Positions 14,530 to 25,682 are shown, counted from the whole stretch's first letter. The stretch: DNA of 57,123 nucleotides, filler included, from Bipalium vagum (GCA_037834085.1; 3 parts of 3 records of this genome joined end to end with filler, not necessarily neighbours in it); one strand, 5' to 3'. Translations and numbers: made by a program. The notes: generated by a model from the letters alone, not told the origin.

Positions 14530-16663
14530 AAAGTTATAAATTATATTAATATTTTAAATGCATAAATTACATACTCATGTCATCAGTTGTAAACTCTTCG
14601 AAAACGCTGTCCATCTCTTGAGGTCTATAAAATAAATCATGAATCAAAATCTCATGTGAACATCGATAGATAAATAAAATAATAAATTTCGATGAGAATG
14701 AATGTGATAATTTTATTTTCCCAGAAAAATTCTATTAATATTTAATACTTTTTATCAAACACAATCCTACTAATCAAGTCACTAATATGAAAATTAAAGA
14801 ACACAAAAATTTGTATGTATTACTTAAAAATATCAACTTATTCATATTTGAGAGTTTTTTTATTTTAAATCGATTGCAAAAAAATTGCAAAAAGATTATA
14901 TAAAAAGATCACATTTTCAAATCATTGATTAATATTTAAACAAAATCAAAATTTTCGTTTCCTCAAAAATTAAATCAAATAAGAACAAAATCATAAAATC
15001 TCAAAGTAAAAACCATTTGACCCAATTGTTTGAAGTTATCTATTGACTACACTTTTTCGAGCACTTGGGGGAACTATTTTTAGTTCCTTAAAGTTGAAAA
15101 AGTAAAGTTTCGATGTTCAAGCGAACAAAGCTAGATTCCGTCAGAAAAAATGTCATTGACAGAAAAAGACGATAGACGAAAATCGATTGATCCTGATTGT
15201 ATCACTGATGTGTTTGTTAGATATTCAGTTGCCTCTAGCTTAGATGCCTTTCATGGATTTCTTGAAATTGTGGTTCGGTTGAAGAAATGTTACAATTAAC
15301 TAATGCTGACCATTTCCACTTTTAATTCATATAAACTCTCTTTGGCTGAAACCAATAGAAGGATCACGCTGGAAATTCCACCAAATACAGAATAATGATT
15401 ATGGAGACTGTTCTCTGTTTGATACCGATGCGTACTTTAAAGAATTACTTGTAAGTTTAAAAATTTTCCTGTCTTTTTTTCTGCATCACCTTTTCACCTT
15501 GACAATTGCATAAAAGCTTCGAATAATTGATATCTGTATAATGAGAGTTCGTCGAACAGTACCAGAGTGGCTTCAATGGCTATTTTAGTTTATGAATTAT
15601 GGCCAAAAGTTTATCTTGACGTGGTTTATCTAGAAGAAAAAAACTTCAAAAATCTATACGACAACGGGATTATTAAGAAATGCAATTCACCTTGGAACAC
15701 GCCGTTGATTTGCGTATGGAAGAATCAAAAGAAAGATATCCGTATATGTTTGGATTTTCGGCAGTTAAATGCGGTGACGGAAAGGCAGGCGGCATTTCAG
15801 ATGCCAAATGTAGATGAGATGTTGGACGCCTTAGGCGGGGCAAAGAATTCAAAAATTAAACCACATCTTCTACTTCCACATAATCTATTTTTTGAAGTAG
15901 TTTTGTCAGTTGCATGAAACTATTTTCACTAATGTCTTAAAAGAGTACAAATTTTGATTTTTTTCCATAGAATTTCAAAATAAATGAGATAACAAAAAAT
16001 TCTATTTTCCTAACAAGACGTACCTGGGATAAAACAGGGTTCAAGATGATATATATTATTGTTAACCAAAAGTAACTATGGTTCAGGTTTCGCTTTATTT
16101 GAAATTATAATATTTTGTGAAAACAATTTAAAGAATATTTTCATTAAAAATAACCAGATCACTGATCAGATCTAAAATAAACCAAAATTCGTTTGAGCTT
16201 TTATTAATTATTATATTGAAAAATCGCGATTTTAGAATGATTCGTATAAGTTAGATAATCGCTATTTTTCAAGGACTACTGGGGGCCATTCAGAATTATT
16301 CTCAAGAAATTTTCTTAATTTTTTTCAACTTCTTTCTGTTATCAATAAAAGAGATATATCTACATAAAAACTTAGCTACTAATTATCAGATTATTATGAT
16401 AATCAGTTTATTATCGATCTTCTATTAAATATAAATTATTTCAATCATTATTATATTTTTTGTATTAAAATCTTTATATTCAAAATTTTTTTCAAATTTT
16501 CACATCTAAAATTTTATGGAAATAGAACTAATTTTGCTAGTTGGAAAATCATTTATCGAAATCTGGATATTAAATTTATAAAGACAACAAACTAATAAAT
16601 TTAAAGAGTCTATTATTATCAACTTGAAAGATAATTTACACAAAAAAATTAATTAAAGAAAAT

Positions 16664-16694
<31 letters not shown>

Positions 16695-19600
16695 TAATAA
16701 TAAAGTATCAACAATTACTTGTTAATTTAATTATTAAATAATAAAAATAAGTTGACATCGATAAGATATTACAAAAAAATTATTACCTATTTATCAACAA
16801 GTTTGAATACATTTCTTCGTCAGGGTTTTCATTGATAATGTCTGCCACACATTCTGGTTTAGTAGTTTCTAAAATAACTCTCCTTACCTAAACCAATACA
16901 ATTACAATTTCACCTTTCCATTCATTTGATAGAGTCCGCTCAAGTAATACCTATTCATAATTATCGACTTTTTCAAATCTCTTAAAGCTGATATTGTTAC
17001 TTACATCTTTGGCTTCATTAACTGAGTCAAAAGGCTTCATATATTTACTGATCGAATGCTTTGTCAAAGCAGTTACATTACCATGACCGGAGAGTTTTAA
17101 TCTTTCTAGCAAGTCAGCGTGACATTTAAAAATATCTGTGTATCTTTCGTAAAGCTTGTGATACTCTTTACTCTGCTCCTTTTCCTTTTCTTCCAGTCTC
17201 GTTACTAACAGAAATTGATTAATATTTTTTAAAAATTTAAAAAGAAAATAATTGAATTGCTTTTACAAAATATAATGTTATGTTACACAATAAAAACTAA
17301 TCTTTCTATCTTTTCTAAAGAATCTGCTTATCTTAATATACAAATTTTAAATCTAATGAGATTTTCTACAAATCTTTAAATTCTTTTGTAATACTCTTAT
17401 ATCCACTCGGTTAAAAATAAACATTAAATAAGATGAAGGCAATCAATGTGCAAATAAGTTTGCATCATTTTGTAATAGATTAAATTAGAATACAAAATTG
17501 TGTGAATTTGTCAACGAAAATAAAACTAAAAGATAATATCTGAATTTCTATTAAAATAACATCAATTATTTGTTTTATTTGATTAGCCTAATTATTATTG
17601 TACACGGAAATGCAAAATTATGTACGGAAAAATGATCATTTATGGGAAGGACTATTATTTTGTTTTAATTTAAGGAATGCAGTAACAGAAATTTAGATTA
17701 TTGTTATAAACTTATGACGAACATAAGCTACAATGCACTCATTTTTGCATCGAATTGTAAATTTGTGTGATATGTAAACACTAAGCGAAAGAAATCGAAA
17801 ACAATACCTGATAAATCATTAACATCGACAGTATGGAGAAGACCCAATAGAAATAGATTTTTAATATTTATCTGGTGGAACCAAACTAAAATTTTATAAT
17901 ATGACATGTTGAAACCATCCAAAACTCTAACTGGTGAACAGTGTCAGCAAAAATTACTAGATTTAAATCGAGAAATAAGTTCCAAGAGACTACAATATGC
18001 TCAAATAAACGATAACATTGTTTTGCAAAACGATAACATCAAGTCAGATATATTGCAAGAGGAATAAAAGAAAAGTAAAAGATGCTCAAAGGTGATATCT
18101 GACAACAGAATTGCTTTTTATGAAGTAAATGTTTTTTTACTTTTAAATGAACGAGATTTTGTAAACGATGGAAATTAACTCGAATCCTAATATTTGAAAT
18201 AAATAGATAAATCTGTTTAGAATTAAAATATTGATTTACACAGTAAAAATGTTAATGAAAAATGTACTATTTAGTTTTTTGACTCCTCTAGAAATTGCCC
18301 GACGATTTTATTACAACAGCACCAAATACAATTTGCGGACAACCAAGAGCATTTAGAAGTCTACGAGTAATGACTGAGAATTAACCCTTCCTACGCAATG
18401 ATATATCGGTGAGAAATTTGTTTTATGTAACCGCTCACAGATCCTACGTGATTAATAGAAAATAATGAGGGCCAAAGAAATGATTTCGAATTATTTACAA
18501 ACTATTTATTTAACCACTAAGGACATTGACGGAGATGAATAAATTTAACTGGGAATTATTTTTCTAAATTGAATTTGGGAAAAATGAATTATTGTATTAT
18601 AAAATAGGACCAACTCAGGAACCGTGAAATTCAATAATTGGTATAAGTGAAAAATATATATAATATATATAATAACAAAAATTAAAGATATTAATCAAAT
18701 GTTAAAAATGTAAAAAACGAATAATAACGAAGTATTATTTCGTAATCACAAACGGTATAAAATCAAATATTACGAATTGTAAAATAAGGAAAACAGTTCA
18801 ATGTGCTCTGACACGAAAGAAAGAACTTGAATTCCCGAAATATAATGAAAAGCTTATTTCAAAAATGCCATTAACATATCTTTCCATTGTTAAAGCTTTT
18901 TTTACAATTTACAGAAAATTCCTAATAATTTGTGAATTATGATAACAAACAGAACAGGTGATAATCATTAATTTCAATAATGTTATCTCTTATTTTTCCT
19001 TAATTTTTCATTAATCCTGTAAATAATGGTTTTACTTTAAATAAATTTTAATCATTATTGTTAGAAACCTCTGTTTTAATTGGTAAATATTTGACTTTTA
19101 ATTGTGACTTTAAATTTTCCTTGGAAAATCTGGCTTTTAATACTGTAATAAATTTTAATTTGTAATATTTGTCAAATGTTTTCTGCTATGGTCTGCTATG
19201 TTATATTTGATAAAATAAAATATATTGTATTAAAATCTCCTTATGATAATAAATTCTCTCAATAATAATTTATTATATTGGGAAATTGTACTTAAAACTT
19301 TTTTCTACTAATAAATGTCATTTGTAATACAATCCTGAAATGATAATCAGTAAATAAAACCCCTCCAACTTTTTTGAAAAAAATATTTCCAATAATTATT
19401 ATTGATTTCACAGATCAAAATGGATTATATAATTCTACTACAATAAACAACGATCGATAATGTTTATCCTCAACCAATACACATAAATATCAGTGGAAAA
19501 GTCAATAATAAAAATGTTTTCAACATATCTTTTGAAAAATCAATAAAAATTATGTAATTGAGTAAAGAATAACCGTGACCCTTTTCCATTAATGTAAATG

Positions 19601-20626
19601 AATAATTGATTGCAAAATAATTATCAGCATTCACAATTATAATAATTTCGTTGTTTTAAATTATTTGCTCCTGTAAATAATACTTGACATTTATGATTTC
19701 CTGATAATTCTGAATAAAAACACAGCTCATTAGGACTGAATTCGATAAACAAATTGAGAACAAGATATTCCCGTATTAGGCACCATTTAAATAAATTATT
19801 TGTTAATTAAAATTAATAATATATAATAAAAAAATAATCAATTATTTTCGTGAATTAAAATTAAAATTTTAATTGTAATCATGATCAATTAATTAATTTT
19901 ATTAATCAATTAATTTGAATATTGAAATTTTACAACTTTGTCTGATGTTTAAATCCGTTTAATTTACGAACTAAGGAATAATTCAATTTTTAATTGATAT
20001 TAAATCAATAACAATCAATATTTTTAAAATCGATCGAGCATCGAATAATAATATTATATTATGAATATCATTTTTAGTTTTATAATATTACGAATTTTTA
20101 TTTCATAATCACAATATTAATAATAATAAGAGAACTTACAGTTATCATTGGCATTCCGCGATTTCAATTCCAATAGTCTTATGTTCGCTTCTAGATTTTC
20201 AATTTTTTCATTAAACACTTTTTTTTCATCTTCAAAAGTGTACTCTAAGTCCATTATTTTCTAAAAATGAATCATTAGAAAATATTTTTGTTTTATTGAC
20301 TTTTCTACTTCTTCGATTAAGCGACGATTTGATTTTTCCTTAACATACTGATCCAACAATGCTGAATTGTCTTCCCTTAGAAGTTCAATCTCTATGTCAT
20401 TGTTGATTTTCAATTTATCTAATTCATTGAAATTTTCCAAAACCGTAACAATTAAAGGCATTAAATTTTTAACTACTGATGAATCGTATAATTCAATAAG
20501 TCGTTCAAATTCTCGGTATATGCCATTTGCTATTGATTGTACTCTTTCTGACATAATGATATTATTTTCATCAGATAAAACAGACTTCTCATAATTTCTA
20601 TATATTATTTCACTTAAACTAGACAT
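269..20626 (-). CDS. MAPK8IP3: JNK-interacting protein 3/4 (JIP3/JIP4, Sunday driver/UNC-16) homolog; multi-exon, 3' part continues beyond the left edge
   Basis: Hand-spliced exons 20626-20309, 20260-20140, 17204-17005, 16950-16914, 16868-16787, 14624-14575, 8221-8183, 6835-6800, 5021-4964, 4916-4860, 2982-2835, 1583-1405, 1361-1290, 449-269. All are GT-AG, phase-compatible and stop-free (1578 nt). They give RH1 ([20 protein letters not shown]), LZII ([31 protein letters not shown]), RH2 ([29 protein letters not shown]) and YGWSVP...VPIPV in JIP3 order. Confidence 0.93.
1290..1361 (-). CDS. MAPK8IP3: JIP3/4 exon ([25 protein letters not shown])
   Basis: tttttcag acceptor completes the F-F of the JIP3 W-x-F-F-S-R-L motif; donor GA|gtgagc. 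Confidence 0.8.
1405..1583 (-). CDS. MAPK8IP3: JIP3/4 exon (RH2 domain)
   Basis: [43 protein letters not shown]; 43-nt intron follows. Confidence 0.92.
1990..2280 (+). mobile_element. Possible decayed hAT (Charlie-like) fragment
   Basis: Reads [16 protein letters not shown]...YF, reminiscent of the Charlie/ZBED KPSKLKRH motif; weak. Confidence 0.25.
2835..2982 (-). CDS. MAPK8IP3: JIP3/4 exon (coiled coil [32 protein letters not shown]...)
   Basis: Lies within ORF 2748..3005; phase 2 acceptor, GGA|gtaact donor. Confidence 0.85.
4000..4735 (+). mobile_element. pogo/Tigger transposase remnant (DDE_1) with right TIR
   Basis: [13 protein letters not shown]...[25 protein letters not shown]; ends GTTAGAGGGTAGACTG+TA. 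Confidence 0.85.
4860..4916 (-). CDS. MAPK8IP3: JIP3/4 exon ([18 protein letters not shown])
   Basis: Matches NALNVVKNDLIAKVD; cttttcag acceptor, AG|gtaagt donor. Confidence 0.9.
4964..5021 (-). CDS. MAPK8IP3: JIP3/4 exon (LZII start, [20 protein letters not shown])
   Basis: Strong match to JIP3 [20 protein letters not shown]; 47-nt intron follows. Confidence 0.9.
5305..6466 (+). mobile_element. maT/DD37D-type ITm transposon fossil with both TIRs
   Basis: TIRs CAGGATCCGCCAGCAAAAT / ATTTTGCTGGAGGACTCTG; motifs FSDEKIF and [15 protein letters not shown]; many stops and frameshifts. Confidence 0.75.
6800..6835 (-). CDS. MAPK8IP3: JIP3/4 36-nt symmetric microexon ([12 protein letters not shown])
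   Basis: ttttcttttcgattag acceptor, G|gtaagt donor; supplies the F of the conserved F-G-x-G-K-E junction. Confidence 0.65.
7938..7998. repeat. (TTA)n microsatellite
   Basis: About 20 direct trinucleotide units. Confidence 0.95.
8073..8134. repeat. Short minisatellite with CATAATG core
   Basis: CCATAATGCAACA CCATAATGCCTT CATAATGTAACA CCATAATGCTT CCATAATGCAACAC. Confidence 0.85.
8183..8221 (-). CDS. MAPK8IP3: JIP3/4 candidate 39-nt symmetric microexon ([13 protein letters not shown])
   Basis: tttaccag acceptor, AAG|gtatgg donor; phase 1/1; open frame. Confidence 0.45.
10780..11445 (+). mobile_element. mariner (DD34D) remnant
   Basis: KWIAHE (WVPHEL-like) and [13 protein letters not shown] (IVTGDEKW-like); heavily decayed. 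Confidence 0.7.
12026..12700 (-). mobile_element. pogo/Tigger remnant: C-terminal transposase tail plus TIR
   Basis: TA+CAGTCAGACCTGTATAT terminus at 12026; [22 protein letters not shown] resembles Tigger DA..AW..V..TI.NCF; accounts for ORF 12164..12469. Confidence 0.6.
12790..13575 (+). pseudogene. Decayed SF1 (Pif1/RecD-like) helicase-like relic
   Basis: Ordered degenerate motifs TILCH*I, LAG*KIQ/LCP, LKIPYRL, QILCNT, PIHSIQG; needs several frameshifts. Confidence 0.4.
14465..14526. repeat. (AAT)n-(ATT)n compound microsatellite forming a palindrome
   Basis: 14465-14481 is the reverse complement of 14482-14498. Confidence 0.9.
14575..14624 (-). CDS. MAPK8IP3: JIP3/4 predicted exon 6 ([17 protein letters not shown])
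   Basis: ttttatag acceptor, A|gtatgt donor; GC-richer island in AT-rich intron; phase 2 in, phase 1 out. Confidence 0.65.
15635..15845 (+). mobile_element. Ty3/gypsy reverse transcriptase fragment
   Basis: [19 protein letters not shown]...[15 protein letters not shown]...[15 protein letters not shown]. Confidence 0.85.
16787..16868 (-). CDS. MAPK8IP3: JIP3/4 predicted exon 5 ([27 protein letters not shown])
   Basis: ttattttag acceptor, AG|gtaata donor; phase 1 in, phase 2 out. Confidence 0.6.
16914..16950 (-). CDS. MAPK8IP3: JIP3/4 predicted small exon 4 ([12 protein letters not shown])
   Basis: Flanked by 54-nt and 45-nt GT-AG introns; keeps frame; no conserved motif. Confidence 0.55.
17005..17204 (-). 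CDS. MAPK8IP3: JIP3/4 coding exon 3
   Basis: [37 protein letters not shown] matches JIP3 [24 protein letters not shown]; donor GAT|gtaagt. Confidence 0.88.
17598..18200 (+). mobile_element. mariner remnant (Mos1-like)
   Basis: [47 protein letters not shown]; internally deleted. Confidence 0.7.
20140..20260 (-). CDS. MAPK8IP3: JIP3/4 coding exon 2
   Basis: tttttag|AAA; [40 protein letters not shown]; donor T|gtaagt (phase 1). Confidence 0.9.
20309..20626 (-). CDS. MAPK8IP3: JIP3/4 coding exon 1 (RH1 domain)
   Basis: ATG at 20626; [42 protein letters not shown]...EIELLREDN; donor GAA|gtagaa; 48-nt intron follows. Confidence 0.93.
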
Positions 20627-21449
20627 TTTTCAAATAAACTAAAATTAAAATAAAAAATTAAGAAGTATAAAACATATTTCAAAATAACTTAAATTTATTA
20701 CGAACAAAAAAATTAAAAATTTTGTTAAAATTGAAGTAAATATGTTAGAGTATAATGTACAACTATTTAATAAGAATAAACAAAGAAATATATAATATTT
20801 TAAAATCTTAATTTCAAAATAAAACATAAACAGATTATATTATAAAAAATTTTAAAAAATTTTCTTAAGTTTTAACAAATTAGGTATGCAGATACAGTAT
20901 ATTCTTTTTATTTGCCATTTTTGGGACTTCCTTAATTTTTTGCAAATAGGACAATTCTACAAACAATTGAATGAAATTAAAAATAAATAAAACAAATAAA
21001 ATTTATTTTTGAAACAAATATCACATCCCTTTTTCATTAGCTTGCTTTTTTGATTATATATATAAGGCATTCTTTTTTGAAATTAAAATGGATTTCGTCC
21101 ATTTCAGTTTGTTGGCTTAAGTAATCGTCAATATTTTTAAAGATAATTTTAAAATACCATAAAATATTTGTTCCTGATCTATCACATCTTCTATTACTTC
21201 TTCAATCTCATTAACTAATTCTAAAATACTTCTTGGATTGAAATCAGATGATTTTAAAAAATTTCTTAATTTTCTGTATACTTCACATTTAAAAACTCAT
21301 TTTCATCCGTCGGGTCAAAAATATCGGATTTCTTTAAAAACTTTTTAAAATAACTATCGTTTGCGTCAGTGTTGATTTCAATTTTTGCACTCTCCATTGT
21401 CTTTAAATGCTTAAAACAGTTATATATTGCCTTTACCTTAACATCTCTA

Positions 21450-22135
21450 CGTTTTCGGTGAACACTAATATGTCATCAAGATATACACATGCACCTTCCA
21501 TTCTGTTGAGCTCTTTAGTCATTAATTCTTGAAAGGTTTCTGTGCTGCTGCTATCCCAAAATGCATTCTGTTAAAACAATATTGGTCTGATTTTGTTGAG
21601 AATGCTGTCTTCTCCTTCGATTCTTCTTCCAATTCTATCTGGTAGTAGGCATTCCCTAAATCAATGGAGCCGAGTTTATCTAGCATTTCTTCTACATTGG
21701 GCATTGGGAAAGCCTGTCTCTCTGTGATTGCGTTCATTTCAAAGTCTAAAAAGACTAGAATATTCTTCTTTTCCTTCTTCCAAACACAAATGAGCGGCGT
21801 ATTCCAAGGAGAATTGCATCTTTTACTGATTTTATTTTTATACAGGTTTGAAATAGCCTCGTCTATTTTATTTTCCAAATGATCAGGTTGTCTCCATAGT
21901 TTCACATTAATGGGATTTCCTTTCCTCACAACCTTATGTGTCAACAGGTCCGTGCACCCAATATCCTATTTATCTATTGTTCCTTATAATCTCTAACAGT
22001 CTTTGGTGACATATCCAGCATTCCCCTTTGTTTATAAAATCATTTCTATTGATCATTTGTCGTACTTTTGGCTGTTCCATACATGTTTCCTCTCTTGGTT
22101 GTATACCACTAGTTGATGCTGATTTAAAGCTCTGA
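21450..22135 (-). mobile_element. Ty3/gypsy remnant: gag zinc-knuckle trace plus RT
   Basis: [39 protein letters not shown] and, after a frameshift, CVYLDDILVF; upstream CWIC/VTKDC knuckle trace. Confidence 0.85.
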
Positions 22136-22141
22136 TATTGT

Positions 22142-22246
22142 CAAGAAATTTATTATACAAATCCAATTGTTTATGGAATAACTGATTTACAAGATAAGAT
22201 TTTAGGCCAGTTTTATGAGAAAGAGCTTCAAAGAAGTAGATTTTAA
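22142..22246 (+). mobile_element. Maverick/Polinton integrase C-terminal fragment
   Basis: QEIYYTNPIVYGITDLQDKILGQFYEKELQRSRF* fits the Maverick c-integrase P-x-x-Y-x-x-x-D...G-x-F-Y-E-x-E-L-Q tail. Confidence 0.65.
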
Positions 22247-22855
22247 AGGATCATTTTCAATGTTAAATTTCAACTAGAAGAAATAGAATTTGTTGTTCTA
22301 TCTAATAAAGAATTCATTCCTTTATACGTCACAGAAAACTAATTTGAAAAATAATCTTTCTATAAAAAGTTATTAAAGTTTAAAGTAGACATTAGATTTT
22401 ATTGAAAACATTGATAGTTTAAATACTAGAAACATAAAAGTTTATTATTACTGATTAATTTAGAAACAAATTTAAAATTAATTCATGTAATAATTATTTG
22501 TTACATGGGAATTTTAAAATAATTCTTTCAAAATTCAAAATTGTACACAACGTTTAATTGATTGGCACTATAAATTTTAAATAAAACGCTTGAGATAAAA
22601 ACCTTATGCAAGACACTTGTTTTTAAAGCATATTAGAATTTTCTGCAGTTATAGATGTGGAGACTACGGCAACGACAAGTAACAAACCCCTCTACAACAT
22701 CAAAGCCAAGTGAATCAATCAATACCGATGTTCAATCTTAACTTTCAATTGTGATTTAAAACTTTCATTTGTGATCTTTTGACCTTGAATTAAAATTAAA
22801 AACTTTATTTGTGTAGACAAAAACTTTTATTATTGCGCATGTATCAATGTGTATT

Positions 22856-23919
22856 TGTGAAATCCAAAAAATATATATATTGTATATCTGTTTATATTCG
22901 TCTGTTTAAACAATTCTGACCAAAAAGAGAAAAAATTATTAATAATTGAATAATGATTAAATAATAATATAAAATATATATATATATAATAATTATTGGT
23001 ATTATTATTAGCTTTATAAAAGAAAATTTTTTAAGTAACATTAAGTTACTAAAAATAAAAAATTTTATGTTTAATAATTAAAACAGGAATAAAACAGATT
23101 AAGAAAATTAATTAAAGTACAAAGCAATTACTAAAAATAAAAACACAAAAAATAACCATATAAAAGTAATTTAAAAATTCTAACAAAACGCAAAAAAAAT
23201 ATATAAAAATAATATAGGAATAATTTTAAAAGCATTCCTAAATCGGCCATTACAATATTCAACTATCAACAATTATCTTTCAAGTAATTAGACACTAATT
23301 ATTTATTATCAAACAATCAGCAATTAACTATCAACGTCCAAGCAATTATCTATCATATCCGAGCCATCATTTATCAAGGCAGAATAAAATCTCACAATAA
23401 TAACAGGAAGGAAGTGCCAAACCGATTCAGTATTTAAGAAGCACAAAGAAAGGACAGAAACCAATAATTCCAAGAACGGGACGAAAACCAGCATTTTAAT
23501 CACCAAATTCCATTCAAAGAGTTTCACAAATTTCATTCACAATTACGACTATTCCGTTTATCCGCACCTACCCGACTTCACCTGGAAGAACGCAATACAT
23601 TAGAGTGTTTGCACATCCAATCGGCACTTGTCACTTTTTGCGGTTTTATCCAAATCCAAAAGACACTATCCAGTTTATTCAAATTTACTTCCATCCAGTA
23701 GCCTCGGCTCAATTCGTTCAATTCCATTGTTGTCACCATTCTTTTATGTATTATGCTTTTAGTTTTTTTATTTATTTCTATTTACTTGATGCTGAAAAGT
23801 GTCAAAGTTAATATATATTTTATTTAGCTTTCGTTATTTTATTAAAAGATCAGTTTAACTATATCGTATTTAATTTTGGTTTAAAATTTAGGATTTTAAA
23901 ACCTTTTTATTACGTCACA
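22856..23919. mobile_element. Possible solo LTR
   Basis: TGTGA...CGTCACA ends around non-coding, GC-richer sequence; no clean TSD found. Confidence 0.25.
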
Positions 23920-24702
23920 AGTAATAGTTATATCAGTTCTAAAGTAACAGTTCTAAAGTAATATTTGACAATATAATATAGTTCGGCTTCAGATAAAATT
24001 TGAAAGACTGGTATCGATTTATAATAATTTTATTCTTTTTATTTTCATATAAACAACCAAACGTATCTTGTCAGACAAGACATAATTTGTAGCAAATAAT
24101 ATTAAATAAATTCTCAGGCTAGGACCTGTGCATCAAATAATTTTTTGAGTTCTTCTTCTTTATTTATAATTTTTGTTTCTTTTTGTTCATATTTCACATG
24201 CTAAGTAGGGCGATGAAATATATTTGTTTTTCTTAACTGAGGACCTCTGAGCCTAAGAGCGAGAGGATTTTTATAAATAATAACTTTAATTAATAAAATT
24301 CAAATCGGTCAGAATTGTTATCACTCATTTGTAACAATAAATTTTTTTACGAATTCAATAAAAGTATTAAACCAATTTTCTTATCTCAGTTTACTTAATT
24401 ATTCGAACACAACCTTAAGCAACCTTCAACCGTTGAGACCTAAGCTAAATTTAAGCTCCGCATTTAACATCACTTTATATACCCAACTTAGTGTTGGGTT
24501 TGAACACCGATAAAGATTTACTTATTACTTTAAAATTACGACTTAACTTAGGGCTCACCAACTCCCGTTTAAAGGAAGTGTATATAATAAGAGAACACGG
24601 AAATAACTAAGATAACGAATAATTTTTCAAAAATATATTTAATATACACAAATTTTTTTTACAAGCGATTTCTTTTTATTTATTATTATTATTTTTGTAT
24701 TA

Positions 24703-24981
24703 CAGTTGAGTCTCGATATAACGAACTCCAATATAACGAAAATTTCGATATAACGAACCTCTGTGAAACAAATGGTTGGCCGCACATCATATATATACAA
24801 ATTAAACTTTGATACAGCAAATTTTGATATAACGAAATTTTCGATATAAGGAAATTTTATGAAACATTTAATTTTACGAATTTTAAATTTACATTATATG
24901 TATACTTCGATTTAACGAAACTTTGATATAACGAAGTAATTTGATCGGTCCCTTGAAATTCGTTATATCGAGACTGAACTG
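24703..24981. mobile_element. 279-bp MITE (pogo/Tigger-type)
   Basis: TA|CAGTTGAGTCTCGATATAACGAA ... TTCGTTATATCGAGACTGAACTG|TA (22/23 TIR match); internal GATATAACGAA repeats. Confidence 0.92.
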
Positions 24982-25429
24982 TAATTATATTTATATCCTC
25001 TTGATTATCGAAAAATCGAAGAGGTCCTGTTTTTTATGAAAAAACTTACTCTGAACCCTAGAGGTTAGTAGAGTAGCGTTTGCTAGATAACAAAAAAGAG
25101 GAAAAGAAACTTTAAAATAAAATATTGATAATGTAAAGAATTTCTTTAATTATCAATAATAATTAATTTATTTATTTTATATTTGAACGTTATTGGAATT
25201 CGTCTTTTCTTTCTTTTAAAGAGTTTTACCTTTTTAGCTTTTCTAAAAACCTCGTAAAGTGTTTTAGTAATTTTTTGTGCGATTTTATGGAGCTTAGTCC
25301 CGTTTTCAGCTTTATCGCCTTCTGATTGGTTCCTTTTTAATAATACTAATTTTATATATATACTGATGAGCATAATTTTTGTCAACAGTTGAAATTAGTT
25401 ATATTTAAAAATACATTAAATTTTTAATG

Positions 25430-25529
25430 NNNNNNNNNNNNNNNNNNNNNNNNNNNNNNNNNNNNNNNNNNNNTTAATTAATTAANNNNNNNNNNNNNNN
25501 NNNNNNNNNNNNNNNNNNNNNNNNNNNNN
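25430..25529. other. Assembly gap with TTAATTAATTAA linker
   Basis: N44-ttaattaattaa-N44. Confidence 0.95.
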
Positions 25530-25584
25530 TATTTTATGTTATTTTCCAAATTTACGAAAGAGGAAACTACCCAGACATATATTT

Positions 25585-25682
25585 TTACCTCGACTTATAT
25601 AAGAGTAATACGGTTTTTCACAGAATTTCCATTTTCCCCTTCAACTTATACACGAGGTTGACTTATATTCCAGTATCTACGG
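25585..25682. mobile_element. Terminal fragment of a Tc2/pogo-like DNA transposon
   Basis: Repeated (G/A)ACTTATA motifs ending ...TTCCAGTATCTACGG+TA. Confidence 0.55.

Noticed and set aside
15020-15565. GC-richer coding-like stretch upstream of the RT scrap
   Set aside because: Stops in every frame examined and no identifiable motif
15567-15917. 116-aa ORF as a gene
   Set aside because: Chance fusion of a gypsy RT scrap with flanking sequence
24481-24499. Hairpin ACCCAAC-TTAGT-GTTGGGT as a Helitron 3' end or terminator
   Set aside because: Only a 7-bp stem with no CTRR terminus downstream; compatible with chance
24703-24981. Spaced GATATAACGAA repeats as a CRISPR-like array
   Set aside because: Short, irregularly spaced and enclosed by TIRs with TA TSDs; these are MITE subterminal repeats in eukaryotic DNA
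25430-25529. TTAATTAATTAA palindrome between N runs (also at 41411-41510)
   Set aside because: Identical artificial linker (stops in all six frames) in both gaps; an assembly artefact
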